Source of the DNA: the human T2T-CHM13v2.0 reference genome, Homo sapiens
Assembly: GCF_009914755.1 (NCBI RefSeq)
Contig: NC_060933.1
DNA: 64,000 nucleotides
Strand: one strand, 5' to 3'
Of this stretch, positions 1 to 15,139 are shown in pieces (positions within the stretch are counted from its first letter, which is position 1; each line of letters opens with the position of its first letter). Made by a program: the position numbers and the translations under genes. The notes under the pieces were generated by a model that saw nothing but the letters and a program-made list of their open reading frames with translations, made no database searches and was not told where the DNA came from.

Positions 1-339
1 TGTTATTTTCTGATTATTCTACAATTAACGCAGGTTAGTAAACAAATTAAAGGAGATAATTGTTGATAAACAGATAAAGCCAATTCTCAAATTCTGAATA
101 AGCCTAATTCATTGGCAAATATGTTGATTGTAGATAAGACCACATTTTTAGATAAAGATGACAATTTAAATTCTATTTTGATGTCAGGTCAGCTCACAAA
201 GACCTCTGAAACTTTCATTTAGTTTAGCTTCAGCACTGATAAGAGAAACTGAAATTTACTGTCTTCTCTTTTATTATGTGATGCCTAAGACAGGAAAAAG
301 GAAGAGCTCCTTTAACTCTTCTTGGACTTTTTAAAAAAA

Positions 340-415
340 AATAGCTTCACTGAACTTTAATTGACATACAGTAAACTGCACAAGCTTAAAATGTGCAATT
401 TAACAAGTTTGACTT
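340..415 (-). mobile_element. Old L1 (L1M-class) 3' terminal fragment
   Basis: tttaattgacatacagtaaactgcaca...aaaatgtgcaattt resembles the reverse complement of old L1M 3' termini. Confidence 0.5.
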
Positions 416-646
416 ATCTTGTAATAAGTTCTCACGAAAAATTTGAATTAAGCCAAAGCTATCCTCTTATTCTACTTCCTTATACTGTCCCCTCTACCAT
501 GCGCATTGCAAAATATGTTTGTTAGAATGTGGGTAAAATACTGTGGAGACTAGTCTCAAAAATGACAATTACTGGTGATCTAGTGTCTATGAGAAAAATA
601 TATTCTAAATTCTTAGACATTGATTTACAAAATTATTATTATTTTT

Positions 647-1062
647 ATTTTTATTTTTTTATTATTATACTTTAAGTTTTAGGGTACATGTGCACATTGT
701 GCAGGTTAGTTACATATGTATACATGTGCCATGCTGGTGCGCTGCACCCACTAACTCGTCATCTAGCATTAGGTATATCTCCCAATGCTATCCCTCCCGC
801 CTCCCCCCAACCCACAACAGTCCCCAGAGTGTGATGTTCCCCTTCCTGTGTCCATGTGTTCTCATTGTTCAATTCCCACCTATGAGTGAGAATATGCGGC
901 ATTTGGTTTTTTGTTCTTGCGATAGTTTACTGAGAATGATGATTTCCAATTTCATCCATGTCCCTACAAAGGACGTGAACTCATCATTTTTTATGGCTGT
1001 ATAGTATTCCATGGTGTATATGTGCCACATTTTCTTAATCCAATCTATCATTGTTGGACATT
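647..1062 (-). mobile_element. 5'-truncated young L1, L1PA2-like (ORF2 C-terminus + 3' UTR + patterned A tail)
   Basis: Minus strand reads GCTAGATGACGAGTTAGTGGGTGCAGCGCACC...AAAACTTAAAGTATAAT (GAG diagnostic, not the L1HS-Ta ACA). ORF 869..1051 is the ORF2p C-terminus (WIKKMWHIYTMEYY). Candidate TSD attattttt at 638-646 and 1060-1068, followed by aa (TTTT/AA L1-EN site). Confidence 0.93.
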
Positions 1063-2194
1063 ATTTTTAACACATCTTACTTGTGAAATGAAGACTAGCC
1101 AGCATTTACCAGTGTTGATAATCATCCTAACTGGTACATCTGGTCTTCTCACTTATTCTGAATATCACATATATTCTGTTATATCTTTCTATATCAAATG
1201 TCCAATAAAGCCCAATTATCTGATGTCATATGAAAGCAGCTTGTGGAAGGTGGGACTATTGGAGATGCTGTACCCCTGCTAGGAAGTGGCTCTGGAAAAT
1301 GTTTCATTTAATATCCAATGAGATTGAGTTGGAGCTAATGTCTGAGTGGTAGATATAAACTAAAGCTGAGCTTTCTATGTTCTGCTCAGCCCTTTGATCT
1401 TTTGAGCTTTGCTACCTCTCTTCTTTACCTCCCTACTACCGCCTGCTGCCTGGAGGCCTCCTCTTTTTTTCTAACCCAGAATATAAAATTCTACTTAATA
1501 GTGCATTTTTCAAGGCAGTTAACAGTACAGCTTTCCTCCTTGAAGTCTACTCTGCATTATTGCTATTAGAAGAAGGAGGAACCTGCAGGGATGTGCAAAA
1601 GTTAGACCAAGAAATAAAACATATTGGTGGTCTTCCACCAGATCATGAGTACACCCATATCCATCTTACAGCCCTGGTTTTGCTTTTATGCAGTGGAACT
1701 ATCACCCACTGCTTCTATATGAAACTTCTAAGATTTTCAACCTACAAGTCTTTTCATGCTAAGAAATGGCATTTCTTAAAAGAAAAAAGAAATAAAAGAA
1801 TGTCTGGAAATTAGTTCTACAATGAAGTTACAAATGAGAGCATTGATAATTCAGTCTTATGCTGCTTCTTGAAATATGATGGTTTCTTTTTTGATAGAAG
1901 ATGTCTTTCATATGTAAGCAGCACAAAAAAACTTATAATTTTATATTTTATTCTTAAAATTCTTATAATTTTAATCCCATTAGAATATACTACATAAGTG
2001 ACTACAGTCATTATTATGTTGATAAAATTTTATTCTCAATCATTATTAAATGTAATTGTGAGATTAGAATTGATGCATTTGATAGTTTGGTCTCTTTATT
2101 GTGAATTTCTGTATCCCTTTTGCCCCTGCAAGATTTTGGTGAAAGATGAGACTTGAACGCCAAACCTCGTGTTACAGATACTTTATACATATTT

Positions 2195-2340
2195 CCACCT
2201 TTGATCTTTGCAGCAACTTTGTGAACTAAGTATCATGATTTTAAGTTTACAGGTTAGAAAACTGACACCCAAGGAGTTAGAGAATTTGTTTAACTCCACA
2301 TGGGGGAGTCTGAGATTTGCTTACACCTAGGTCTGCTGGG
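2195..2340 (-). mobile_element. MIR SINE fragment
   Basis: tttacaggttagaaaactgacacccaaggagttagagaatttg resembles the MIR core. Confidence 0.6.
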
Positions 2341-2701
2341 CATCCTTCACTATCTTAGGACAAATTGCCACAATTTAGGTAAGGGCCAGGACTTTATTCT
2401 AGGTGCATTACTCACATTGCTATCTCAGCTAAGGCTCCTTGCTCTTCGTTCACATCATCTCTGGGGTATAAACCATCAAATGAAAGATGACCCTTTCTGT
2501 CTCTCTCAATTAAAAAAGCATAATCCTGAGTTTTAAATAAATGTTTCTTTCCCATTTCATGGTCACTGTTATCTTTTTGCCCTCCTGTTCTCAGTTTTAC
2601 TTTTAGGCCTGAAGCATTTGGTAGGTTCATTGCTGAATGTGGGAAGTTTCACTATTTTTCTATTCCATAAGGAAAACCAAGAAGAAGTCTGTGTTCTTTT
2701 A

Positions 2702-3248
<547 letters not shown>

Positions 3249-3880
3249 TGCGTTCTTTTAGTATCAGGCTTTATTCCATTTGCTTCCACAGCTCAGCAAG
3301 TTAGAGATGAATGAAAGAGCATATGAGGAAAGGGCTGAAATCAGCGTCCAAATCCTCATCTGGCAGAGGGGCATGATACATCTATTTAACTTACTTGACT
3401 TCAACCGTACACGTCAGCAAAGAAATAGTAAGAAAGTTAGGGGAATGGCATAATTCCAATGATGCTGGCGGGTGATGGTATGCCCCAGAGGGAGGGCGCT
3501 CTATGGAATGTAAATCCCCTGACCTTTCAAAATGGCCTCACTTCCTGTTACCTCTCATGATGTGAGCATCCCCACATTTGGACAGGGATTCTGGGGTTTG
3601 CAGATATGTTTCCTATTCAACATGGTACCTAAATGCCAACCAACAACATTATGGAATTCTCTGCCAAGGAGGCAGAAGTTGATTCCAGCGGTAAGAGAAA
3701 CAAATTGCAGAGGCAGCAACATCCAAGACAACACCAGCCAAATAACTGGTGCACAGTGCATCGGTGCATTCTATTTTATGGATGATATAAAAGAGATTTT
3801 TCAATGGTAATTTTAATTATTTATAATTTTTGCCGTACATGCTAACTTCAGGACATAAACTCTTTTAAGTTGAAATGTAG

Positions 3881-4269
<389 letters not shown>

Positions 4270-4689
4270 AGAATGTAGTTGTATTTCTCCATTTATTAGA
4301 GGACTTTGGTCACATCACTTTAGATCTTTGAGCTACACTTTATTTGAAATCTTCACAGTTAGCAGTAATGTCCAAATGTCTGTGTCTTTCAGAGTTTTTG
4401 AATATTTAATAAGAAAAAATATATGTGCATATTTTTAAGTACTTAAACATTCAAGTTATATAATAATAATTTCTAAAAGAGTGTAAAGCATTGGTATCCT
4501 TTTGAAATTCCCTGATCCCATGATGAGCTAAAAAACTTTGTAAGGTTGTAAATAAATTTTAAAAAACATTTTCAGTCTTTGTAAGGTGTGTATGTGTATA
4601 CCTATATCTATATCCCCATATATTTGAATTTTGGAAAAGGTTAAAATGACTTCAAACATATGAATTAAGGTTTGGGTTAATTTTATTTT

Positions 4690-5060
4690 GCCTGATTAAG
4701 TTTACTTATCCCCATGGCAAATCGGCATCTGAATTGTCATCCGGCAGGTGTATTCCACACTTTTCGCTTGTCTGTGTGTGTATGAGCGCACAGACCTTCA
4801 AGAGCACTCACAAGTCTAACTGCAAGTTTGCCTCTGAGTGCATAGACCTGAAATCTTAATATGCTACTTTTTTTCCTCCATAAACAATACAAAGAAGTTG
4901 ACAGGTCTGAAAGGGGCTTATGTGAAAAGATAATTAAGAGCTTTAGAGAGTGTCAAGAGTCAATAGCTCAGCACTGTCAGCACTCCGGAGAGTTACAGGC
5001 TATAATTAGATGGCATGGAGGTGTAAGGCATGCTTGGCAGTTGATTCCTGCATGATCTCC
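4690..5060. promoter_or_regulatory. Candidate enhancer (MEIS/FOX/SOX/GATA/homeodomain motif cluster)
   Basis: Non-repeat block with TGACA/TGTCA at 4735, 4899, 4951, 4975; TAAACAAT at 4881; AGATAATTAAG near 4928; CAGGTG near 4745; several retained CpGs. Confidence 0.3.
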
Positions 5061-5608
5061 AAGGGAAAAACAAAGAGCAGCCTCCATGAGATCTCAGGCA
5101 AAGTGGAAAACAGACATGCTGGAGTCAAACCTCTCACGCGTCTGCTGTTTTCCCAGGTTGCAGCGTTTGGTGAAGACCTTTTTTGCCTTTTGATTGGCAT
5201 CTGCATGGGCCTACTGGCCTGTGTTCATCATTCCCACAATCCCCTTGGTTTTGGGGAGCAGACCTTCCTTCAGCTTTGTGAATTAGAGGTCATTTTTGTG
5301 GAGTCTGTGAGTACAGCCTGCCCCATGTTCCTATATTCACTTTGGACTCTGAAAAGTTCAAGTTTATGTGAAACAGAGCTAGTTGATCCCTGATAAAAGA
5401 CCATTTTGCAAAGAGATCCGGAAAAGTCCAGAAGAATCTCTCCCTAAGTAAAGCTGAAGAGACAAAAAGCATGTGCAGAAGTAGATTAAGATGCCCAAAA
5501 TACTGAAAAGATTATGGAAAACAACCAATCATATGATGTTAACTTTTAAAAAATCAAAATAGTAAAATATGTATAAATAAGTCAAACAGTGTTCTAATTT
5601 TTTCCAAA

Positions 5609-5638
5609 TATGTATGTGTATGTGTATGTGTGTATATA
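5609..5638. repeat. (TATGTG)n/(TA)n microsatellite
   Basis: tatgtatgtgtatgtgtatgtgtgtatata. Confidence 0.8.
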
Positions 5639-5816
5639 TGTGGGCCTTCAAAATGTATGTGGAAAGTGCATATTATGAAAAAATCTTTGCATAAATTCCA
5701 ATTTTTTGCACCCAAATAACTCATACTAACTTGTTACAACATGTCTGACCAGAATCTAGTTTGAGACACTAAGAAGGATAAAACATCAGTTTAAAAAGAG
5801 CCCCTGTCAGAGCAAC

Positions 5817-7170
<1,354 letters not shown>

Positions 7171-7257
7171 GGTTTATATTTTTTATTTTTACCTTTTAAT
7201 TCATTTTTCCCACAAACTTTTGATGTCCCCTCATATGTATCATATTCCCCATTCCCC

Positions 7258-7350
7258 TACACGCACACACACACACACACAGCATACATGTAAACATATA
7301 TATGTATATGTGTGTATACATATATAAAGTTTTATATATATATACATATA
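7258..7350. repeat. (CA)n/(TA)n compound microsatellite
   Basis: cacacacacacacacacagcatacatgtaaacatatatatgtatatgtgtgtataca... Confidence 0.8.
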
Positions 7351-7859
7351 AAACTTTTTCACAGATGTTAGTGCTTTAGTGATTTTATTTGGCCTGTGCT
7401 TTAGATATACTCAGCCTTTTCATTTGCTCTCCTAGCTCTGGCATGTGTTTTTCAGTTAGATGCAAAATATACCTTGATTTTACTGGTGAACCATCACCTC
7501 CATAGATTCCAAAGCACTGTCCATATTATTGAGTCAAAATGCAAGTTTCTAGGTAAATACTGCTGGTCAAAATTTGACCTTAAAAGTTTCTCATTATATA
7601 GAAGCTTTAATTGAAAAACAGCATTTAATTGAAAAAATTGCTATTTAATCAGTAATATTTAAGTAAAATGTGCGAACATAATGTCACAAACTGTATAAAT
7701 ACAAAGAAAATATATATGTGACAAAAATTAGCTTGAAATAAACCTGTATGCCCTTAAAACATAACTATTTTTAAAATGATTGAAAATGTATTTCTTGCCT
7801 CCAAGAAATCTGACTGTGATCAAAGAATAATCCCACACAGATCTGCTAATTTTTAACAT

Positions 7860-8290
7860 TTCCTTCAAATCTTTTTAGAATAAAAAGTTATAAAATATTA
7901 CAGATGAAGTTGAAGTCCTCAATAGTTTCATTACCATCTCTCATTCCAAAGGCAATTACTTTAATAAATTTTAAATAATTTACATATATTTTAATCTGTA
8001 TGTCTGGACAATAATATTGTTATTGTGTCTTCAAAGTTATTTATAAATGGTGTCAAATAAAATATGCCATTCTGTAATTTGTCTTATTTTAGTTAATACT
8101 ATGCTTTTTGAGATTTAGCCATATTTATATATATCTGTTTCATTTCTTTTAGCTACTATATATTATTCCATTTTGTTTCTTTGTTATCCTGTTGATTAAA
8201 AAGTAGGTAGTTCCTAATTTTTCTCTTTAACAAATAGAGTTTGTATGAACATTCAAACATATCTGTATATGGGGGTGAGTTTCCTCATGT
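7860..8290 (-). mobile_element. Ancient L1 (L1ME-like) 3' fragment
   Basis: ttttgagatttagccatattt...ttcattcttttagctactatatattattccattt resembles L1ME 3' ends. Confidence 0.45.
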
Positions 8291-9199
8291 AGTTGTAGAA
8301 TTTAAATTACACCCATTTTGGCAAATTATTCATGTTCACCTAACACTTTGGGTTTTTGGCTCCCAAAGAAAAGTAGATAAGTAAAAATGATCTGATAATG
8401 TGAATAGATGTGATTAATACACAATACCTGAATTCAAATCTGTTGAAGTTAAATATTGTATTGCTTAAATAGTTTTCCATATTTTATCATTCCACTGGGT
8501 TAGTTTTTGGAGTGATGCATTTAATTAATGAATCTCAGCCATCTTTATCATATTTCTAGAACTCAGATACCACTTAAACCTGTAGATATTTAAGATCACA
8601 GCGTCTGCAAGTCCAGGTGCCAGGGTCCTTTAAACTAATCCTAGAATCCAATGACCCTGGATCATGTGGCTTTCACCTCGACAGGCAAGAACATCCAGAA
8701 TACTTTTTTTTAAGCTTGGTGTTTTTTTTAGAAAAGGAAAGGCAGTGAAGATGAACTCGGGCCCATTTAGAAAGGAAGCAAACATATTAAAAATGGATAG
8801 CATTTACTAGCTTTTGTGAACCTCTTCTCCTGCTCTCACTCAGACTTGAAAAAAAAAGTACATTAAGCTTTGCACCTGTCTCTAAGAGCTGTTTGTCATC
8901 ACTTACTCGTTCCTCATTTTCTTTCATTGAAAACTAACAATAAGTGTGATAAGACTGCTGAACTCAAGTGTAAGCATTAGGTAGGCTGTGATTAGAGCAA
9001 GATGAGTTGCTTTAGGCCAAGATCTTCTAACCCCCTTCTAGAAGAAGCCTGTAGAAGCCATCTCTTTCTCCATAACCCTGGACAGCAAGTGACCTCAGGC
9101 CCTCATTGTATTTTATAAGGCTATTATATTACACTCTGAATTGTAGTTTTAACCTGTAGTCCCACAAAACTCCCCTCCGAATCTACTTTCCATACTCTC

Positions 9200-9480
9200 C
9201 CCACACTCATTCTTCTGATACTCGGATCAAATCACGCCCTTTAATGCTTAGAAACATTCTGTGATGCTCCACTTTCTTCACACCAGTCACTCTAGGTGAA
9301 GTTTAAAGTCTTTAATAAGGAGATTGAGAGCATCCACAATTCAGTCCGAATTAACTTTCCAGGCTCATTGTCATTGATTCTTATTAACTAGTGTTCTCCC
9401 AGGACACTCACTGGGTCTCAAATATGCCCTCATCTTTTGTAGCTCTTTGCCTTTGATATAACTATGACTGAAAATCTTCA
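9200..9480 (+). mobile_element. L2 fragment
   Basis: aaatcacgccctttaatgcttagaaacattct...aagtttaaagtctttaataagg resembles an L2 3' region. Confidence 0.35.
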
Positions 9481-9548
9481 AGTGACAACATTTTCATGAA
9501 ATCTTACTTATGCAATAGCAGTTTATATCTTCCTTTCTTGAAGATATT

Positions 9549-10043
9549 CATTTTTATGAATAAAGATGTAATAAAACACAGCCACATAATCTTTTTTTCT
9601 TCTTTTATTTATTTATTTTTTTTACTGGTTCTCACTCTGTCACCCAGGCTAGAGTGCAGTGGTGCAATTATGGCTCAATGCAGCCTTGACCTCCCAAGGC
9701 TCGGGTGACCCTCTTACCTCAGCACCCCCGAGTAGCTGGGGCAACAGGCACACACCACCACACCCAGATAATTTTTGTATTTTTAGTAGAGATGAGGTTT
9801 TGCCATGTTGCCCAGGCTGGTCTCAAACTCCTGGGCTCAAGTGATCCACCCACCCCAGCCTCCCAAAGTGCTGGAATTACAAGCATGAGCCACCGCACCA
9901 GAACAACAGCCACATAGTCCTTTACATATTGCTTATGGATGCTTTCTCTATATGGCAGAGTTGAGTAGTTGTGATAGAGAGTGTATGACACACAAAGCCT
10001 AAATATTTACTACACGGCACTTTCCACAGAAAATTTTCTGACC
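9549..10043 (+). mobile_element. MER58A (hAT-Charlie MITE) interrupted by AluJ
   Basis: aacacagccaca...ggcagagttgagtagttgtgatagaga...caaagcctaaatatttacta...acagaaaattttctgacc matches MER58A. Confidence 0.8.
9592..9905 (-). mobile_element. AluJ
   Basis: Full dimer, J-type; TSD acagccacataatc (9578-9591) / acagccacatagtc (9906-9919). Confidence 0.9.
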
Positions 10044-10285
10044 AAATGAATGAAAATGGGCTGTGTGGCAGGGAGAGGCAAGATCAGAGAGCAGCATAAA
10101 ATGTTTCTAAAAATATTTAGTTATTACTCACATTTGTCATTTCAGGAAATTTTCCCTGTCCTCCATTTCCATTCACATGAAGATAGGAATATATGCAGTT
10201 GTTGTCAGCTTTCTTGTCTTTATTGATGGCAAATGATAATAGTGATCAGTCCAAGATAGCTTGAACTGATATTTGGGGTATCTAG

Positions 10286-10311
10286 CCATCCATCCATCCA
10301 TCCATCCATCC

Positions 10312-10392
<81 letters not shown>

Positions 10393-10432
10393 GATAAATA
10401 CATATATATATGCACATATATATGACATATAT
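10286..10432. repeat. Compound microsatellite (CCAT)6-(TA)28-(CA)9
   Basis: (CCAT)6 10286-10309; pure (TA)28 10319-10374; (CA)9 10375-10392; degenerate TA tail. Confidence 0.95.
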
Positions 10433-10869
10433 CATTTTTAATTTTAGACTCTTTTTGGAAAATGCTCAGAAATAAAGAAAACATGATTACCCCCTAATCA
10501 CACAATTCAAAATTTTAAAAATCACATGAATAGTTTAACCTGACTGCTTTTCAGAATTCAGTCAAGAAATTTGAGGTTTGTGTACCTATACTCATTACTG
10601 GCTGAATATCCAAGAGTGGCCTGCATATAATTGCAAGATAACAATATTATAATTCCATTAGAAACAGTCGTACTTATTACATCCTAACTTGTGTTTGTCC
10701 TGAAACTCCACCACCTGATGAATATGCAATTAACCTACTTATTACCACAGAAAACATCTCCTTAGAAATACAACACATTCACATAATTTTTAATCTGATC
10801 TTCAAAGGCTTTCTGTGGGAAAAAATAATTTTTCCCAATAAGATATATTATTGGAAACACAAGTCTATG

Positions 10870-11330
10870 TAGCCGATTTGCTACATCATCTGATTTATTT
10901 TAATTAGAGGTTAGCTGCTGAATGTGATTACAGTTATAATTATTACAATACCAGTCATCCACACTTTCATTAGCATTCCACTTGATAGTTAGCAATAAGC
11001 AGAAATAAAATATTAGGACTTTTAAGAGAAGAGATTACCAATTAGTACAATTCTCCACTGGCACAAGATAATTATTAATTATGATCATCACGGTAATTAT
11101 TCACCAAGCTAAATTTCACAGGGCTACCTGTGTGCAGATTCTCTCTGTACTGCATTCTGACATCAGCAGTCTTCTTATCTGCTATGGAAATCCTGAAGCA
11201 ATATTTGTATGAAATACACAGTTGACTGCACACCAAATGGAAGGGCAGCTGCAAAGGTACAGGATGAATCTCCATTTCATTAAAGGATCTCTTCTCTTTG
11301 TAGGGCATTGCAAGGGGACTATGTAAAAAC
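10870..11330. promoter_or_regulatory. Candidate homeodomain-rich enhancer
   Basis: TGATTTAT (PBX-HOX-type) at 10891; TAATTA at 10901, 10937, 11069, 11076, 11094; no recognisable repeat. Confidence 0.3.
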
Positions 11331-11664
11331 ATATACCTTCAGAAAAGCATCACTAGTCACATATGTGTTTTCTAATCACATATGATACAACTGTATCAAA
11401 ACTAGCCCTCTCACTGTCAGCTCTTGCATTCTCCTGATATTGCCATTCACATCAACACCATTTATAAATAAAACAACAACAAATAAAATTTAAGGATTAT
11501 TGATCGCTCAAGGACTAATATTATGTAAATAAGTTAGAAAAATATCTACAGGCATCATGGTTTTCAAATTACATCGACATCACCACTGATGTACTAAAAT
11601 ATAAAGTCATTATTCAGAAGTATGTTAATTCTTATACATAAATACACTTTATATGATACCACTA

Positions 11665-11972
<308 letters not shown>

Positions 11973-12074
11973 ATCCACCATATTCTGCTCCAGTTTTTCT
12001 GTCTGAAGTGAAAGAAGTTTCCGAAGGTTCAAGGGAAATAAACACCAAATGCAACCGGGAAAGAAAGACAATTT

Positions 12075-12310
12075 GCTGGAGTGGACAGCACTAGATTGGG
12101 AATCAGATGAGTCAATACTAGTCTTGACTCCGAATTTACATGGTTACTTTCTTGAGGTAAGTTATTAAACTTCTCAGAGCCTCAGGTTCTTTATTTGCAC
12201 TTGGGGACAATACCTCTTCTGCCTTTCTTGGGAGGCTGTTAGTCGAGTCAGATGAGACTCTATGCAAAATAATTTTTACAAGCTATGAAGTGTTGTTCAA
12301 ATATAAGGCA
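12075..12310 (+). mobile_element. MIR SINE
   Basis: gcactagattgggaatcaga...gtaagttattaaacttctcagagcctcaggttctttatttg matches the MIR core. Confidence 0.7.
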
Positions 12311-15139
12311 ACTTTTAATAATTCAAAAAAATCACATTTAACTTAGACTGTTGAATGTTTCTTGAAAAAATAATTTTAGAGTGTCACATAGCCCAAGTTT
12401 ATGTTTTTACTCAGTAGACAGGACGGAAAAGTCTAGAACTGTCAAAAATGGAATTAAGGTAAGATATTAGAGTTTCTTCAATCTCTGGATTAGGAATTGG
12501 TGACACAAAGTATGAAGCAAGGTTTCGTTGTCTTGGTTTTTGCATATTTAACAGGAAAAGGCAGATAGCTGATGTTTTGAAAAGGAAGAGCATGTGGGCC
12601 ACCCTACTTCTAGGGGTGGGAGATAGAGGAGAACAACCTCTGGGGAGCCTTTTCAGGGTCAAGATCATCTGCATTAGTCACCCGGATGCACTTCTTTGCT
12701 GTGGTGACTGCATCAATCAATGTGCTGCTGATTCTAAAGAGAGGAAAAATAAATTTCAAATGACTTTTTTTCACTGCTGTTCATGTTTGCTGCCAATGTT
12801 TGCCTCCATGCTTGAAAACATGAGCAAAGATTTGTTATTTGGAAGAGCTCTATTTCTCATGTTCAAATAGCTTCTGCTCTAATGGGGACTGAGAAGAGAT
12901 GGGGGACATCCACTATCCAGTGGACATATTTGCTCAACAAAACAAAAAATACCTAAGAGTAAAAGCAAAGCAATTTGTAATGTGGTGTTTGTTATTGCCT
13001 ACCTATACTTCTTGAGTTGGATCAGAAACAAAGGCAGACAGACATGGCTCAAATTGTCTTTGGGCATTTATCATTTTAAGTGTTTGAAAAGTCCAGCTTC
13101 TGTAAATACCAGTGCTATTAAAGATTTATAGATGCAACAGTCATTTTCTTGGTAATTTAATTCTGTTACAAGTTAAAAAAAACTAACATCTATTATAGGC
13201 CACATTTCTGAAATATCTGTCAGGAAGAAAATATATATATGAATTTTTTTGCCTTATGAACTGATTATTTTTAGCAGCTTTTATAAGCATAATAATAGTA
13301 ATTTAAGCAGTTAATTTACCAAAAATCATTTTATTCCAAAACCTGAAAGCCCTCAAATCAAAGGGTTCTCTTTGTCTAAAAAGTTAAATCAAAATAAATG
13401 TTTCTAGTTAGTTTTAAGAGGAGAAATTAGGGTTTCTTAATGCTCAAATATTTAGCAAGCTCTCAAGGAGGTGTAGGGGGAAGCAATCTGCCTGTCATAG
13501 GAGAGAAAAAAAAAATTAAAGAGCAGAATTTTAAAATTGTACCTCTTGACACCAATAAATAACAAGAGAGAGCTAGTACCATTCTTTAACAGGCGTGCAT
13601 GCAATACAATAAGCAAATCTGACTCATCTGCCAGCTTGATTGCTTTGTTTAGAATTCCACTGTCAGAGGTAAGGTGGGGGTGAGGGGATTTATGTAAATT
13701 AGGCCCTTCCAAGCTGGAAGAAAGTTGGATTATTTAAAAAAAAAAAAAAAACTTTTCCAAGTTTAGAAAGTTAGAAGTGTTTTTGTTCCCACACTCTTCT
13801 GAATAGCAGTGACTTGAAGTTCTCAGAATCAGGTTAAAAATATTATCTGGAAACCATGGCTATGAATTTCCACAGATTTCTCAAAGCTTTGAAGGCAACT
13901 GTGATCCATATCTTCCTGCCTTTCTGGTATTACCATGTGTGAGTGCTGGGAAGGGAGGGTGGATTTTTGGATGTGATATTTAGTTTCCTGTTTCTAAAAT
14001 GGGATGAGTGTAATCAATCAGATTAATCTAAGAAATAAACAGTCATTTGTCTGAAGGTTTCGTAAGGTGATGAAACTGCAATTTGTTTATATTCAGTTGG
14101 AATTCATAGGAAGGTGCTCCTGGAAATCACTGTCTAGTACTCTAACATTGTGGGCACTTTTGTTTCATTTTGTTTTACAGAATATCAGGGGGCTGGAGTC
14201 TAATTCTTAGACTCTGATTCCTTACCCTGATGATCCCCAGGGATCTGCAATAGAGAGATGAATTTAATTCACTTAAAGCATTCTATAGATACAAGCTACA
14301 TAATACATGTACAGGGTGGGAATGTTGCAGAAATGACACAAATATAGGACAGCATAAGTTCAAACCCACACCAATTGTTGGGGTATTTGAGAGCACACTC
14401 TTCTTGAGGGGAGTTTGGTTTCAGGGCAATGGCTGGAGGGTGACTGTGGGGCTCCAGTAGGTTGTCCATTTATGCATCACTGCGATGATCCTCCCTTCTA
14501 AGCTTCAGTCTGATCAATAGCCATTCATGAGCTGATTGTGAGAATCCTCCAGCTCCCATAGTGAGTGTCTTAGAGGAAAAGAAGAAGAAAGAGAGCAGAC
14601 CTCCAAGACTCCATTCCCCTCTGGAAAAGCAGTAAGCCTAAAGGCTAGCAGCAGAGATCTGGGCCTGTGGTTCTCAGGTGTTATGGAGAGGAAGGGCAGC
14701 TTTGACCCGTTTTGGTTTGGAGAATATCCGCTGATATCCCTCATCCCAGAGAAGTTAAGGGACAGGGGACTCACTTTCCCTCTCTGTCTGAGGTGGAGCA
14801 CATGAACATTTGCCACTAAGGAGACCAATCTTTGCTGCTTCCTGTGGTCTTCATGACTTACCAGCTGGAACTTTGTAAGCCTGCAAGGATATAAATGTCT
14901 CCCAGAACCCACACATGTTCCAGTATTTAAAGTACTAGCAGCCTGAATTTATATAATAATAAAATACCAAATTGTTATATATTTTCTTCATTATATTTTA
15001 ACTCAATTTATTATCATTTTATTATTTTTAAAATGCAGGAGTGAAGGGTAGCATGGCTATGCATAGAATCCCCTGTTAGATGGTTACTCTAACATTAATT
15101 AATATTGTTCATTGGGAGCTTTGCATGATATAGCTTTAA

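Noticed and set aside
1560-1814. ORF MLLEEGGTCRDVQKLDQEIKHIGG... that looks protein-like
   Set aside because: Non-ATG start, no recognisable domain and no convincing flanking splice sites.
3483-3502. CTCF-like ccccagagggagggcgct
   Set aside because: Needs a gap or four or more mismatches to fit the core.
10173-10484. ORFs with (YI)n repeats
   Set aside because: Translation of the (TA)n/(CA)n microsatellite.
12666-12712. Hairpin tgcattagtcacc...ggtgactgca as a pre-miRNA
   Set aside because: Stem is only ~10 bp with a bulge and a 20-nt loop; matches no miRNA I recognise.
14514-14912. 132-aa minus-strand ORF
   Set aside because: Non-ATG start, Leu/Ser-rich composition typical of random frames, no recognisable homology.
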